61,501 bases of DNA, filler included, from Candidatus Fermentibacterota bacterium (GCA_016928395.1; 7 parts of 7 records of this genome joined end to end with filler, not necessarily neighbours in it); one strand, 5' to 3'; numbered from the whole stretch's first letter, positions 1 to 11,125 are shown. The notes: generated from the letters alone by a model not told the origin. Numbers and translations: made by a program.

Positions 1-412
1 CACCGTTGGAGATGGGTGCGCGTCAACTGAAGGTACAGGTTAGTCAAAGAGCGACCTGGGCGATTTCGATCCGATACCGAGGAAGGCATTGGTCCTTTTC
101 CCCCTCGACGGACGGCGCACACGCCGCCTTCTTCCCTCATGCTGACCATCCATTCTCCTCATGGGCTGCAGTGCGCCGTGAGCACGGAAGGCTCTAATCG
201 ACCGTGACCTTGCACGCGGGCAGGCATGTTCTCACCAGCAGTCTGTTCGCCTACCCGGATCATGCGAAGGAGAGGCGCCCGGAGTCCGGCCGATCTATTC
301 TTGGGGTGCCCCCGGCTCGCTACTACGATGCTGGAATGGGCCGCAATTCCCCTACCCCGGCTCCACCGAGGATTGCGGGGGGTGGGCCGTTGAAACAGCC
401 AGATCTCGGGCA

Positions 413-1294
413 GTGTCAGTGAGTAATTCAGGCGAGGTTGAGTCAGCGCCACTGCAGCTTGCCAGGAGGGCTGCTGATCTCTTCGCTTCGCTGCCGCAGG
501 TTGAAGCCGTCGTCTTGGCGGGTTCTCGAGGAACAGGACGGGTCTCTTCGGATAACGCATCGGATATCGACGTGTACGTGTGCACACGAGACAGCATTCC
601 GCTCGGCGTACGTCGTTCCCTGATCGAGCGCACCGGGGGTGCCACGCAAGCCAACCTCGACCTCAACTACTGGGGCCCCGGGGACGAGTGGCTCCACGCA
701 CCCACCGGTCTTGAAGTCGATGTCGTCTATTTCGATACGGTGTGGATGGAAGACCAGACCGTTCGTGTGCTTGAGAAGCACCAGGCGAGCCTGGGATACA
801 CGACGTGCGTCTGGCACACCATTCGGCATTCCGTCATTCTCTTTGATCCGCGTGCCTGGTTCGCGAGGCTCCAACGGCGATGTTGCATTAGCTACCCGGA
901 AGCCCTGCGTCGTAACATCATCGCCCTCAATCATCCGGTCCTGCGCACCATCATTCCCTCCTACGCCAACCAGATCAGCAAGGCTGTGAAGCGTCGGGAC
1001 CTCGTCAGCATCAACCACCGCGTCGCCGCGTTGTTCGCGAGCTACTTCGATGTTCTCTTCGCCATGAATCGCCTCTTACACCCTGGCGAGAAGCGCCAGA
1101 TCGAATTCGCACTGCACAACTGCAGGATGCTTCCTACACACATGGAGTCAGACATGGCATCAATCCTGATGCCCGCGATGGCGGAGATATCAACGCTACC
1201 TGATCGTCTGAAGAGACTGCTCGATCGTCTCGACGAAACGCTGGAAAAGGAAGGGCTCCAACCCACTGAATCGGAGCAGAAACGGCAGGGCTGA
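413..1294 (+). CDS. Pol-beta-type nucleotidyltransferase domain protein (DUF4037-like C-terminus)
   Basis: N-terminal hG[GS]-DxD signature VVLAGSRGTG...SDIDVYV, third acidic strand EVDVVY, helical C-terminal half with HPGEKR; start codon uncertain. Confidence 0.75.
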   Translation: MSVSNSGEVESAPLQLARRAADLFASLPQVEAVVLAGSRGTGRVSSDNASDIDVYVCTRDSIPLGVRRSLIERTGGATQANLDLNYWGPGDEWLHAPTGLEVDVVYFDTVWMEDQTVRVLEKHQASLGYTTCVWHTIRHSVILFDPRAWFARLQRRCCISYPEALRRNIIALNHPVLRTIIPSYANQISKAVKRRDLVSINHRVAALFASYFDVLFAMNRLLHPGEKRQIEFALHNCRMLPTHMESDMASILMPAMAEISTLPDRLKRLLDRLDETLEKEGLQPTESEQKRQG

Positions 1295-1599
1295 GCCCTG
1301 AATCGCAGCCGCGCCGCTTCGGGCGCCGCCCAGATGACAGCGCGCTATGATCATTCGTCCCGACGCGAAAGAATACGGGTGAGACCGGAATGAGGCCCAT
1401 TTCGATCCCCTTGCGGTGGGTACGGCGAAACATACCAGGACTTGCTGGAGACCAACCTCAGATTCCAGAAGGGACAAGACGGCCGAGCGGGAAGCATGGG
1501 CTCAAGCGAGCACCAGCCTGAGGCCGGGGATGGCGCGTATGCCGCCACGCAGTATGGAGTTGAGGAGGATGAGGCGTGAGCATCACCCTCCCCGACATC

Positions 1600-1850
1600 C
1601 GCAAAGGCGGTCGGCTCGCAACACTGGATAGGTCACTCGCGTCGCCTCGTCCCCGATCTGGGCGGGGCTGAGCCAGGTCAGATCTGGAGTGATCCCCACC
1701 CGATGGTGAAACGGGCTCTCCCGCTGGGGCTCGTAGAACGGTTCGTTCGTTCCCCCATAGATCCAGTACTCCGTGGCGCCGTTCCCGGCGTTCCGGGTGA
1801 GCTGCACTGCGGTGCCCGCCACCTCGACCGACACGAGGATGCCGGGATGA
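1600..1850 (-). pseudogene. Orphan degenerate copy of the C-terminal domain seen on secreted proteins in this window
   Basis: VSVEVAGTAVQLTRNAGNGATEYWIYGG..EPF..W....IGD....TY resembles domains at 47456-47740 and 52353-52630; no credible N-terminal part; limits approximate. Confidence 0.45.
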
Positions 1851-2319
1851 GCAGGGCCGAAGACCCGCGCTCTGCCGGAATTCTCGCAGACGACATTGGC
1901 GCGACACGAGGCCACCGCCATGTCCTGCTGTTCAGCGTACCTTGGAGTCACAAAGCCCCAGCAGACTGATACTCGCATCGTGTCACGCGCCACTCTCGGC
2001 GCGCCGCCATGCTGCCATATCACACTCTGGTACCACTCCCTTCTCTCTACACCTTCACTTCTCGTTCCCTCCATACCCTCCATGTCCTTGCATGGTCAAG
2101 TGCATGGTCAAGGAAGGCCATGCAGACTACCTCCCGTGACGCAGGCTGACATCATCCTCACGCCACTTCCCCAAGCACACGGCGACATCAAGAACCGGCC
2201 GGCGCGTCTACTCCACTGCTCTCGACGCGCGGCGTCGCCACCTCCTCCGCTCTTCATCCCAGTCCCCGCTCTTTCGGATTTCACGCTTCGTGGCTCGTAT
2301 TTCCGGCAATTCTGCCGCC

Positions 2320-3738
2320 TCATCCTTGCACGACATGGATCGCTGTTCCCAGCGCGGCCTCAGCAGATTCGAGCAGGGCTTCCGACATAGTCGGATGGGG
2401 CTCCATGACGGCAGTGACATCGTCGAGCAAGGCACCCATCTCGATGGCGAGTCCAGCCTTCGAGATCAACTCGGTGACGCCACGGCCCACCGCGAACACA
2501 CCCAGGATCCGCTTTGTTGCGGCATCGGCTACCGTCTTGACGAAACCCTCAGGCGCGTTGAGCGCCAGCGCGCCCCCCGAGGCGCGCAGCGGGAACGTCC
2601 CGGTGAGCACATCCATACCGGCGTCCCTGGCATCCTTCTCCGACATGCCGACCCATGCCACCTCCGGATCGGTGAATACGATCCCCGGGATCACGACGTT
2701 GTCCAGCGCCATTGGCTCGCCCATGATCACGCCCGCGACTACTTTGGCCTCGCGATACGCCTTGTGGGCCAGGAGCGGACCGCCTGTCACATCCCCGATG
2801 GCGTGGACACCAGCAGCGCTGGTCTCAAGGCGCTCGTTCACGGTGATGAAGCCCCGCGCATCGGTCGCAACACCCGCCGCATCAAGGCCAATGCCGCCGG
2901 TATTGGCCTGTCGCCCGGCGGCCACGATGATGACATCCGCGGGGGCCTGCGATCGGTTCCCCGACGCATCGACCACCGTGAGAAAGCCCGTGCCGTCATC
3001 GAACGCTTCGGCGCGATTCGACAACATGAAGGACACACCCAGCTTCTCCATGCGCCGCTTCAGCGTGTCGCCGACCTCGGGGTCGAGATACCACAGCAAG
3101 CTGGCCGTTGATTCCACGACGCTCACCTTCGACCCCAGCTTGGCGTAGGTGCTCGCCAGGCCGAGGCCGATGTAGCCGCCCCCGATGACCGCGACCCGGC
3201 CGTGCAACTCACCGGGGGAAAGTGCCTCCCGCGGACCGATGATCCGTTTCCCATCGAACGGCAGCCCAGGCAACTCGACTGGCGACGATCCCGTGGCGAT
3301 GACGGCATGCTTGAACGTGATCTCTCCCATCCCGGCCCCGGTCTCGACCCGGAGCACCCTTGGCCCGGCAAAGACCGCATGCCCGTGCACGACCTCGACA
3401 TTCGCCTTTTCGGCAAGGAACTGCACACCCTTGGTGAGCCGTTGCACGACGCCATCTTTCCACTTCACCAGCCGAACCATGTCCACCGACGGCGTCCCGA
3501 AGGAAAGCCCCATGGGTCCGGCAGCCTTGGTGTCGGCCACAAGATCAGCGGCGTGCCCCAAGGCCTTGTTGGGGATGCACCCCTCATTGAGGCACACCCC
3601 GCCCAAGGTGGCGCGTTCCTCGATGAGCACGACATCCTTGCCTGACTGGCCGAGCCGGATGGCTGCGGCGTAGCCGCCGGGGCCACCGCCTAGGACTGCG
3701 ACATCACAGGCCCGTGAAAGCGTTCCAACGACCATCAT
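2320..3738 (-). CDS. lpdA: Dihydrolipoyl dehydrogenase (E3)
   Basis: GGGPGGY FAD motif, redox disulfide GGVCLNEGCIP, ATGS, GD..GGPLLAHKA, HPTMSE; overlaps the E2 stop. Confidence 0.95.
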   Translation of the reverse strand: MMVVGTLSRACDVAVLGGGPGGYAAAIRLGQSGKDVVLIEERATLGGVCLNEGCIPNKALGHAADLVADTKAAGPMGLSFGTPSVDMVRLVKWKDGVVQRLTKGVQFLAEKANVEVVHGHAVFAGPRVLRVETGAGMGEITFKHAVIATGSSPVELPGLPFDGKRIIGPREALSPGELHGRVAVIGGGYIGLGLASTYAKLGSKVSVVESTASLLWYLDPEVGDTLKRRMEKLGVSFMLSNRAEAFDDGTGFLTVVDASGNRSQAPADVIIVAAGRQANTGGIGLDAAGVATDARGFITVNERLETSAAGVHAIGDVTGGPLLAHKAYREAKVVAGVIMGEPMALDNVVIPGIVFTDPEVAWVGMSEKDARDAGMDVLTGTFPLRASGGALALNAPEGFVKTVADAATKRILGVFAVGRGVTELISKAGLAIEMGALLDDVTAVMEPHPTMSEALLESAEAALGTAIHVVQG

Positions 3739-4973
3739 ATCCTCGCCATGAGCAGCTTGGGGTTGGACACCAGAGCGACCATATCGTTCATAAACCTGCC
3801 CGCCTCCGCGCCGTCAATGATGCGGTGGTCGAAGGTCACGCTGAGGTACATCATCTTGCGGATCACGATCTCGCCGTCCACGACCACGGGCCTGTCTTTG
3901 ATGGCATGCATGCCCAGAATGGCGACTTCCGGCTGGTGGATAATGGGAGTCGCAAACACTCCCCCCAGCGGCCCCATGTTGGTGATGGTGAACGTGCCCC
4001 CGCGGATCTCGTCCAGATTGAGCTTTCGCTCGCGGGCACGGGCTGCCACATCATTAATTTCACCGGCGATGGCTACGACGGACTTCGTGTCGGCCTCACG
4101 GATCACCGGCACGATAAGCCCTTCGGGCGTATCCACCGCGATCCCGATGTGGTAGAAACGCTTGTACACGATCTCCCCGCGTTCCTCGTCGATGCTGGCA
4201 TTGAGCAGGGGATGCGTTTTGAGGGCCACCGTGGCGGCTTTCAGGAAGAACGGCAGGATGGTGAATCGGACGCCCGACTGCTCCACCTGCGGCTTCAGCT
4301 CCTTGTACCACGCGTAGAGCTCGGTAACATCGGCCTCGTCAACATGGGTCACGGCAGCGGCTGTCTGGCTGGATGTCTGCATGGCCTGAGCAATCACCTT
4401 GCGCAGGTGGGTCATGGGCACCCGCTCTTCCAGAGCGGAGGGAGGCCGCGGGCTTGGTTCGAGACGGGGTAAAGCAACGGGCTGTGGCGCAGGAGCGGCC
4501 GCCGCGGAGTGGGCCGCCTGCACGTCGTCATCGGTGATCCTTCCGCCGGGTCCGGTGCCCTGAACTGCCTCGATGTCGACGCCGAGCCTCCGCGCCAGAA
4601 CCCGCGTATGCGGCGTGGCCGGCGCCCGCAGCACACGGTGCGGTGCGGGCGTGTGCCCCGCGGCGCGATCGGGAGGGATGGCCTTCGCCTCGGGACGCCC
4701 ATCTGTTGGCGCCGGTTCCCCCGAAGGCTGTTCGCCCGCGTCGCCAATGGTCACCAGAGGATCTCCGACGTGGATGGTCTGCCCTGTCTCGGCGTGGAGC
4801 CGGCCGATGGGGCCGGGCTCCGGGGATGGCAGCTCCACGACTGCCTTGTCGGTTTCGACTTTGACCAGCGCCTGGTCCCGCCGCACCTGATCACCCACTC
4901 GCACAAGCCACTCCACCACGCGCCCCTCGTGAATACCTTCTCCCACATCCGGGAACCTGAATACTGTCGCCAT
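3735..4973 (-). CDS. pdhC: 2-oxoacid dehydrogenase E2, dihydrolipoamide acyltransferase
   Basis: One lipoyl domain (FPDVGEGIHEG...VETDKA), E3-binding domain (GTGPGGRIT), catalytic DHRIIDGA; ATG at 4973 follows GAGGAGG. Confidence 0.92.
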   Translation of the reverse strand: MATVFRFPDVGEGIHEGRVVEWLVRVGDQVRRDQALVKVETDKAVVELPSPEPGPIGRLHAETGQTIHVGDPLVTIGDAGEQPSGEPAPTDGRPEAKAIPPDRAAGHTPAPHRVLRAPATPHTRVLARRLGVDIEAVQGTGPGGRITDDDVQAAHSAAAAPAPQPVALPRLEPSPRPPSALEERVPMTHLRKVIAQAMQTSSQTAAAVTHVDEADVTELYAWYKELKPQVEQSGVRFTILPFFLKAATVALKTHPLLNASIDEERGEIVYKRFYHIGIAVDTPEGLIVPVIREADTKSVVAIAGEINDVAARARERKLNLDEIRGGTFTITNMGPLGGVFATPIIHQPEVAILGMHAIKDRPVVVDGEIVIRKMMYLSVTFDHRIIDGAEAGRFMNDMVALVSNPKLLMARI

Positions 4974-4983
4974 GCCTGCCTCC

Positions 4984-5994
4984 TCAAAACTCCAGCGCGG
5001 CCCGGGCGGCGCGTACCACCCGTGCGGCGCTGGGCATATAGTGCCCTTCAATCTTCGGGAGGGGGAACGTCACGTCGAATCCCGCGACCCGCTGCACCGG
5101 CGCCAGAAGCTCAAGGAGCGCATGCTCCATGATCAGCGCCGACAACTCCGCCCCGAAGCCGGCGGTCCTCGGCGCCTCGTGCACGATGACGACCCGGCCC
5201 GTCTTCCTGGCACTGCCGATCACCGCGTCCTTGTCCAACGGATTGAGCGTGCGAAGATCGAGGACCTCCGCACTCACGCCGTCCTTCTGGAGAACCTCAG
5301 CGGCATCCATGGCAACCCGCACCATGGCGCCATAGGCGATCAACGTGAGATTGGCGCCTTCCTTCGCGACTCGCGCCGTTCCGAACTCCACGGTGTACGG
5401 CTCTGCCGGTACGTCCTGGCGAAAGGCCCGATAGATCAGTTTCGGCTCCATGAAGATGACTGGGTCCTCATCACGGATTGCCGCCGCCAGGAGCCCCTTG
5501 GCATCATACGGATTGCTTGGAACCGCCACCTTGAGGCCAGGCGTGTTCAAGAAGATTGACTCGTAGCTCTCCGAGTGATGTTCAGGCGCGTGGATGCCGC
5601 CACCATACGGCATGCGTACGACCATCGGCAGGTGCATGCGGCCGAAGGTGCGGTGCCGAAAGCGGGCGACGTGGGCCAGCAGTTGATTCAAGGCCGGATA
5701 GACAAAGCCGGTGAACTGGATTTCGACCACCGGCCTGAAGCCGGCTAGTGCCAATCCGACGGACGTGCCCACGATACCGCTCTCGGCCAGCGGCGTATCC
5801 ATGACACGGCGTTCGCCGAACTCATCCAGGAGCCCTTCGGTCGCCCGGAACACACCACCGTCCTTGCCCACGTCTTCACCCAGAATGATGACCCGTTCGT
5901 CCCGCTGCATCTCCTGCCGCAGGGCCGCCTTGACCGCCTGGGCGATGGTCAGCTTCTCCACCTGAGGAGTTGTGGTCGTGGCGTGCGCGCTCAT
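4984..5994 (-). CDS. pdhB: 2-oxoacid (probably pyruvate) dehydrogenase E1 beta
   Basis: GEDVGKDGGVFRAT, DTPLAESG, EIQF, APEHHSES; ATG at 5994 overlaps the E1 alpha stop. Confidence 0.92.
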   Translation of the reverse strand: MSAHATTTTPQVEKLTIAQAVKAALRQEMQRDERVIILGEDVGKDGGVFRATEGLLDEFGERRVMDTPLAESGIVGTSVGLALAGFRPVVEIQFTGFVYPALNQLLAHVARFRHRTFGRMHLPMVVRMPYGGGIHAPEHHSESYESIFLNTPGLKVAVPSNPYDAKGLLAAAIRDEDPVIFMEPKLIYRAFRQDVPAEPYTVEFGTARVAKEGANLTLIAYGAMVRVAMDAAEVLQKDGVSAEVLDLRTLNPLDKDAVIGSARKTGRVVIVHEAPRTAGFGAELSALIMEHALLELLAPVQRVAGFDVTFPLPKIEGHYMPSAARVVRAARAALEF

Positions 5995-7064
5995 GACGCC
6001 ACCTCCGCCTGCAGGGACTCCATCTGTTCTTTCAGATTCCATGGCAAGTCCGCGTACATGTGCTGAAACATGGAGCCGGGCTCCAATGGTGCCCGTGACT
6101 CCATGAGCCGCACCTCTTCCTCGATGAGGCCCTCGACCTCCGTGCGCAGGTTCTCTTCCTGCGCCTGGTCCCAGAGGCCTTGTGCCGTCATAAACAGCCG
6201 CAACCGGGCTATCGGGGACTTGGCCTCCCAGCTTTCCACCTCCTCCTTGGTGCGGTAACGGCTGGCATCGTCGGCCGTGGTGTGATCACCCATGCGGTAC
6301 GTGAACGCTTCGATCAAGGACGGCCCCCTACCTGCCCGGGCCTGCTCCAGCGCTTCCTTGACGGCCACGTACACGGCGAACACATCATTGCCGTCAACCT
6401 GGATACCAGGGAGCCCGTAGGCATGCGCTTTCTGGGCAATGCTTGACACCACAGTCTGCTTGGAGAAAGGCACCGAGATGGCCCACTGATTGTTCTGAAT
6501 CACGAACACGGTCCGCGCCTTGAACACGGCGGCGAAGTTCAGCGCCTCATGGAAGTCGCCCTCGGATGATGCCCCGTCGCCCGCAAAGGCGACCGCGGCG
6601 TGGGGTTCGTCGCGAAGCTCCATCGCCATGCCGATGCCGGCACCGTGAAGCAGCTGGCTGCCCACCGGCACCGCCGTCGGGAGGATCCGCGGAAAATCGG
6701 GGTGTACGGCGCCACGGCTGTCTCCGACCCAGTAGGTCATAATGTGGTGAATCGGGACCCCGCGCATGATGAGAACGCCCATCTCCCGAAAAGCAGGCAC
6801 GATCCAGTCCTCAGGCTCCAGCGCATGGGCCACGCCCGCCTGGGCTGCCTCCTGGCCCCTCAACGGCGCCCAGGTGCCCATTCTGCCCTGACGTTGGAGT
6901 TTGAGCGCCTTTTCGTCCACTGCCCGCATGGTCGCCATGCCCCGATAGAGCGCGAGGATCTGCCCATCGTCCACTGTGGGCATAAGCGACCGGTCAACGG
7001 AGCCGTCGGGCATGAGAATCTGCAACCGAATGGTCTGTGCTTCATAGATCGTCGTTCGTGGCAT
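5991..7064 (-). CDS. pdhA: 2-oxoacid (probably pyruvate) dehydrogenase E1 alpha
   Basis: LQRQGR, GQEA, TPP motif GDGASSEGDFHE...NNQWAIS, YRMGDHTTADD; pyruvate versus branched-chain specificity not provable by eye. Confidence 0.9.
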   Translation of the reverse strand: MPRTTIYEAQTIRLQILMPDGSVDRSLMPTVDDGQILALYRGMATMRAVDEKALKLQRQGRMGTWAPLRGQEAAQAGVAHALEPEDWIVPAFREMGVLIMRGVPIHHIMTYWVGDSRGAVHPDFPRILPTAVPVGSQLLHGAGIGMAMELRDEPHAAVAFAGDGASSEGDFHEALNFAAVFKARTVFVIQNNQWAISVPFSKQTVVSSIAQKAHAYGLPGIQVDGNDVFAVYVAVKEALEQARAGRGPSLIEAFTYRMGDHTTADDASRYRTKEEVESWEAKSPIARLRLFMTAQGLWDQAQEENLRTEVEGLIEEEVRLMESRAPLEPGSMFQHMYADLPWNLKEQMESLQAEVAS

Positions 7065-7824
7065 GTGCCCCTCCTTCGTCTGTGGCGGCCAGTCCGGCGG
7101 GCAGCCGGCCTCCCCAGGTGTCGTTCGCCTCTTCTATTCCTGTGTCGACAACTCGCGCAGAGAGTGACTCGACTATTTCGAAGGCGATCTCGTGCCGTCG
7201 GTGTGCCGCACCCAAACTCGTGATGCGCTGCCGCAGCCGTGCAGGCCCCGGTCCGAATACCGATGAATGCAGATCGGCATCGAACCCCAGGAGCAGGGTG
7301 CCGTGGATCATGACCGCCGTCTGACGGCGGACTTGCGCGCTCCCGAACACCCGTTTGTCTTCGAGATAGAGCCCATCGTGGCCGTGGTGCTCGAAGCAGA
7401 CGGGAGAATCCGGACCCCCTGCGTCGCCCTGCAGGAGTGCGACCGGGAAGCCGAGGTTCTGAAGGGTCTCGGCCATCGCGACTCCAAAGGCGTGGTAAAG
7501 CTTCCGAATGCCGCCCGCCCAGGGATGAGACACCGGAAGGGCCAGCGAGACACCGAGATCGCCGTGGTGGATGACACCACGCCCCCCGCTCCCCCGTCGT
7601 AGAACCGGTATGCTGTTGGCGCGACAGAACGCCAGATCCACGTCATCCAACGGCTGGTGGCAGCCGATGACCGACACGGGAAAGTCCCATGAGTAGACCC
7701 TGAGGACGGGAGGGCCTTCTGCAGCGATGAGAAGGCCCTCAAGGTCAGATCTCAGGTCCTGGCGCGGATCGCAGCCGATCGAGATGCTCGATTGGATGTC
7801 CCTCAGTTGGCCATATGCGTTCAC
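7042..7824 (-). CDS. Lipoate-protein ligase / octanoyltransferase family protein (BPL/LplA/LipB superfamily)
   Basis: LRVYSW, RRGSGGRGVIH, CF, GSAQVR..HGTL motifs; first gene of the dehydrogenase operon. Confidence 0.82.
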   Translation of the reverse strand: MNAYGQLRDIQSSISIGCDPRQDLRSDLEGLLIAAEGPPVLRVYSWDFPVSVIGCHQPLDDVDLAFCRANSIPVLRRGSGGRGVIHHGDLGVSLALPVSHPWAGGIRKLYHAFGVAMAETLQNLGFPVALLQGDAGGPDSPVCFEHHGHDGLYLEDKRVFGSAQVRRQTAVMIHGTLLLGFDADLHSSVFGPGPARLRQRITSLGAAHRRHEIAFEIVESLSARVVDTGIEEANDTWGGRLPAGLAATDEGGAHATNDDL

Positions 7825-8010
7825 GGTTGCTTACCTTCCGTCATTCAAGGACATTGGCATGCCAGGGGAGACAACGGCAGATAGTACTTCTGGAACACGC
7901 ATGTTCCGTGCCGTGTTCAAGCCCGTGGAATCCTACACCGGAATGTCGGCATGCGGTCGATCTCGGCGAACGCCCAGATCGATGCCGCAGTGCGGAAGGA
8001 GGCGTGTTCG

Positions 8011-8655
8011 ATGGTTCCTCGTCTTGCAGTCCTCGTGGTACTTCTCCTGTCCCAGCTCGCAACGGCACAGGAGGTCCCGGCGGCCGAGGCCAAAGCCGAA
8101 ACCCCCGGCAAAGCCATCCGCTTCGAGTTCAATGGCCTGAACCTGCACGGCATCGATGGCGGTGTGGGCGGCAAATGGTGGACATCGCCACACGTGGCCC
8201 TGACCGTCAGCCTCGGGTTCTGGAACAAGAATCGTAGCGAGGACGCAGTTGATGACCCACAGCAGGAATCGCGCGAGTTTGTCGACTCGGCGATCAGGAT
8301 GTCAGTCGGACTAGAGCAGCACATGCGCTCTACCAAGAACCTATCACCCTACCTGGGCTTGTTCATCGGTTCGGGTATGAATTGGCGAGAGGATACGTGG
8401 ACACGCCACACGGATGACGATATCCTCCGTCGTGAAACCCGTACAGACACATTCTCAGTGCACGCCGGGATGTCCTTGGGTATCGAGTACTTCATTACGG
8501 AGAACATCTCGCTCGCCGGTGAGCATTCCTTCCTGTTCGACCGTTGGTCCGGGACGCAGGAGTCAACGGACTACGAGACTGCGCATGAGACTGATGTCTC
8601 TGCCTTCGGGGTTGGATTCCAAACGTCGGGACTGATGCTCTCGGTCTACTTCTGA
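8011..8655 (+). CDS. Outer-membrane beta-barrel protein
   Basis: AAGGAGG RBS, signal peptide ending ATA-Q, alternating hydrophobic strands (SPYLG, GIEYF), C-terminal LSVYF barrel signature. Confidence 0.8.
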   Translation: MVPRLAVLVVLLLSQLATAQEVPAAEAKAETPGKAIRFEFNGLNLHGIDGGVGGKWWTSPHVALTVSLGFWNKNRSEDAVDDPQQESREFVDSAIRMSVGLEQHMRSTKNLSPYLGLFIGSGMNWREDTWTRHTDDDILRRETRTDTFSVHAGMSLGIEYFITENISLAGEHSFLFDRWSGTQESTDYETAHETDVSAFGVGFQTSGLMLSVYF

Positions 8656-9212
8656 GTGGTCATCGAAAACGGGCATCTACGGGCAGTTCTCAGGCCTGGA
8701 GGGCTGAGTTCGCACGTATCGCTGATCGGCCCCCATGGCGTGGAGGGGCTATGGGTTTGTGAACCTCGAGCCTTCGTCTGCGGGCATGCTGCTGACCGCC
8801 CACTTCCAGGGGAGAGCAGCGTAGCGGACTGAGTGACTCGCGATAGTGGGTACCCCGAACTATGATCACGGCGCCTCGGGCTTCGCGAGCTGCTCTATCG
8901 AGCGCACGCAGAGGCGACCGCTTCCAGAGTCAACCACCCATGACCGGGAGAACTGCCGGTGGAGATCTGTGGCGGTCTGGGTACATTGGCGGAATGCAGC
9001 TTAGCGAGTACAGGTTCTTCCGATCCGAGAACAGGTTATGCCTCGTAGTCGAGCGTCCGGCTCGTCGATTCAGCCTGCGATCGCGACCACGATAGCGAAC
9101 CCGAACCTGCGGTGGGCGACCGGAGAGGGTCGCCACTGGGGGTGTTGGGGTACGCGTTGCGAACCCAACCTGCCGGAGTTTTGGCGCTCTGCGTGGAGCC
9201 AAGGGAGCTTCT

Positions 9213-9980
9213 ATGGGTGAACATGATATGCACCTCCGCAAGAACCGCGCGCTGTGGGATACGCTGGCGGAGGAGTTCGAGGGTCCCGGCGAGCGCGCGT
9301 GGGACAGCCAAATGCCATCGTGGGGCATCTGGAGCGTTCTCGAATCCGACGTGCGGATGCTGCCGGAGGGCCTGGCAGGTGCGGCCACCATCGAGCTGGG
9401 CTGTGGCACGGCGTATGTGTCGGCGTGGATGGCGCGACGAGGGGCTCGGGTGGTCGGTATCGACATGTCGCCGCGCCAGCTTGCCACCGCGCAGCGATTG
9501 CAGCGTCGGCACCGGCTGGAGTTTCCGCTTATCCACGGAAGCGCCGAGACGCTCCCCTTCAGCGATGGGTCGTTCGACTTCGCCATCTCCGAGTATGGCG
9601 CATGTCTGTGGGCCGATCCATACCTCTGGGTCCCGGAGGCCGCCCGTCTTCTGCGGCCCGGAGGCCGCCTGGCGTTCCTGACCAATTCCTTCCTGATGGC
9701 GCTGTGCACGCCTGAGGAGGATGGGAGTGCCGCGACTGAGCGGCTGCTTCGACCAGCCTTCGGGATGCACAGTATCGAGTGGCCGGGCGATCACGGAGTC
9801 GAGTTTCACCTCTCGCACGGAGACTGGATCCGGCTTCTCCGCCGGAGCGGCTTCGAGATCGAGGACCTGGTGGAACTGCGCCCCAGCGAGACCGCGAAGA
9901 GCCGCTATCCGCACGTCACTCTGGACTGGGCGACGCGGTGGCCCTGCGAGGAAGTGTGGAAGGTGCGAAAGTGCGTCTAA
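9213..9980 (+). CDS. Class I SAM-dependent methyltransferase
   Basis: IELGCGTA motif I, VVGID, LPFSDGSFD, LLRPGG. Confidence 0.9.
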   Translation: MGEHDMHLRKNRALWDTLAEEFEGPGERAWDSQMPSWGIWSVLESDVRMLPEGLAGAATIELGCGTAYVSAWMARRGARVVGIDMSPRQLATAQRLQRRHRLEFPLIHGSAETLPFSDGSFDFAISEYGACLWADPYLWVPEAARLLRPGGRLAFLTNSFLMALCTPEEDGSAATERLLRPAFGMHSIEWPGDHGVEFHLSHGDWIRLLRRSGFEIEDLVELRPSETAKSRYPHVTLDWATRWPCEEVWKVRKCV

Positions 9981-10366
9981 ACATGCCCTGTGGGGCTGCT
10001 GCTCGCACCTTCTACGTAGAGGATATGTCTTAGCTGTAACACGTCCTAGGTGCATCACCAGCGCGAGCGCATGACATCCACAGCGTCAACAGCCTCTCCC
10101 TCCCGTGCCACGCCCTCGGCACGCCATCGCATTGGTCTCCGCCTGGCCCGACCTCCTCTCATTGTCCTCCCGTGTCAATCCAACCTGCATGTGAGGCATC
10201 CGTTTCTGCCTTCCACCCAAAGGAAGTGGATGACAGGCGCTTCTGTGAAGGAGAAGACAGTCGGCCCCACACCGCGGGCAAGCCCAGTGATTCAGGAGTC
10301 ACTATACGGATCCGTAGGAGCCCTCGCGGGGCCGTCGCCGCCCGCGTGCTGCTGAGGTGAGAACTC

Positions 10367-11125
10367 ATGAACACGACCGACACCCTTCCCGCACTCTACC
10401 AGGAACTCGCTGACTGGTGGCCCGTTCTATCCTCACCCGAAGACTACGCGGAGGAAGCACGCTTCTACCGACATGCCTTGCTCTCGGCATGCACTCCCAC
10501 TCCCAGGACTCTGCTCGAGCTGGGATCGGGAGGCGGCAACAATGCGTCTCACCTGAAGAAGCACTTTGAGATGACCTTGGTTGACCTCTCGCCCGGCATG
10601 TTGAGGGTCAGCCGGGAGTTGAATCCCGAGTGTGATCACGTGCAGGGCGATATGCGCACTGTCAGGCTGGGACGCCAATTCGATGCCGTTTTCATCCAGG
10701 ATGCAATCGTGTATATGCTGTCGACGGCGGACTTGGCGAGGGCCATCGAGACTGCGTGGGTGCATTGCAGACCTGGAGGAGCCGCGCTCTTCGCTCCGGA
10801 CCACACACGCGAGACCTTCAAGGCGTCAACCACCCACGGCGGCCATGACCGCGGAACCCGGAGCCTACGCTACTTGGAGTGGACCTGGGATCCCGATGTC
10901 ACCGACACTACCTACATCTCTGACATGGTATATGTGTTGCGCGAGGGAGCCCATCACGTTCGCTGTGTGCTTGATCGCCATACGTGTGGTCTGTTCGGCC
11001 ACAACGATTGGCTTCAGATGATGGCGCGAGTCGGCTTCGAGGCACGGTCATTGCCATTTGCTCACACTGAGATCGAGCCGGGTTCGGCGCACGTCTTCCT
11101 TGGCCACAAGCCAGATCGGAGCTGA
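10367..11125 (+). CDS. Class I SAM-dependent methyltransferase
   Basis: LLELGSGGG, LVDLSPGML, QGDMR, FDAV, HCRPGG; GAGGTG RBS. Confidence 0.9.
   Translation: MNTTDTLPALYQELADWWPVLSSPEDYAEEARFYRHALLSACTPTPRTLLELGSGGGNNASHLKKHFEMTLVDLSPGMLRVSRELNPECDHVQGDMRTVRLGRQFDAVFIQDAIVYMLSTADLARAIETAWVHCRPGGAALFAPDHTRETFKASTTHGGHDRGTRSLRYLEWTWDPDVTDTTYISDMVYVLREGAHHVRCVLDRHTCGLFGHNDWLQMMARVGFEARSLPFAHTEIEPGSAHVFLGHKPDRS

Noticed and set aside
1295..1350. attC-like hairpins after cassette-type genes (also 11135-11200)
   Set aside because: Only short GC stems; RYYYAAC/GTTRRRY core sites and an integrase are absent.
1405..1470. LRWVRRNIPGLAGD resembling a type-B carboxylesterase motif
   Set aside because: Too short, with no supporting ORF context.
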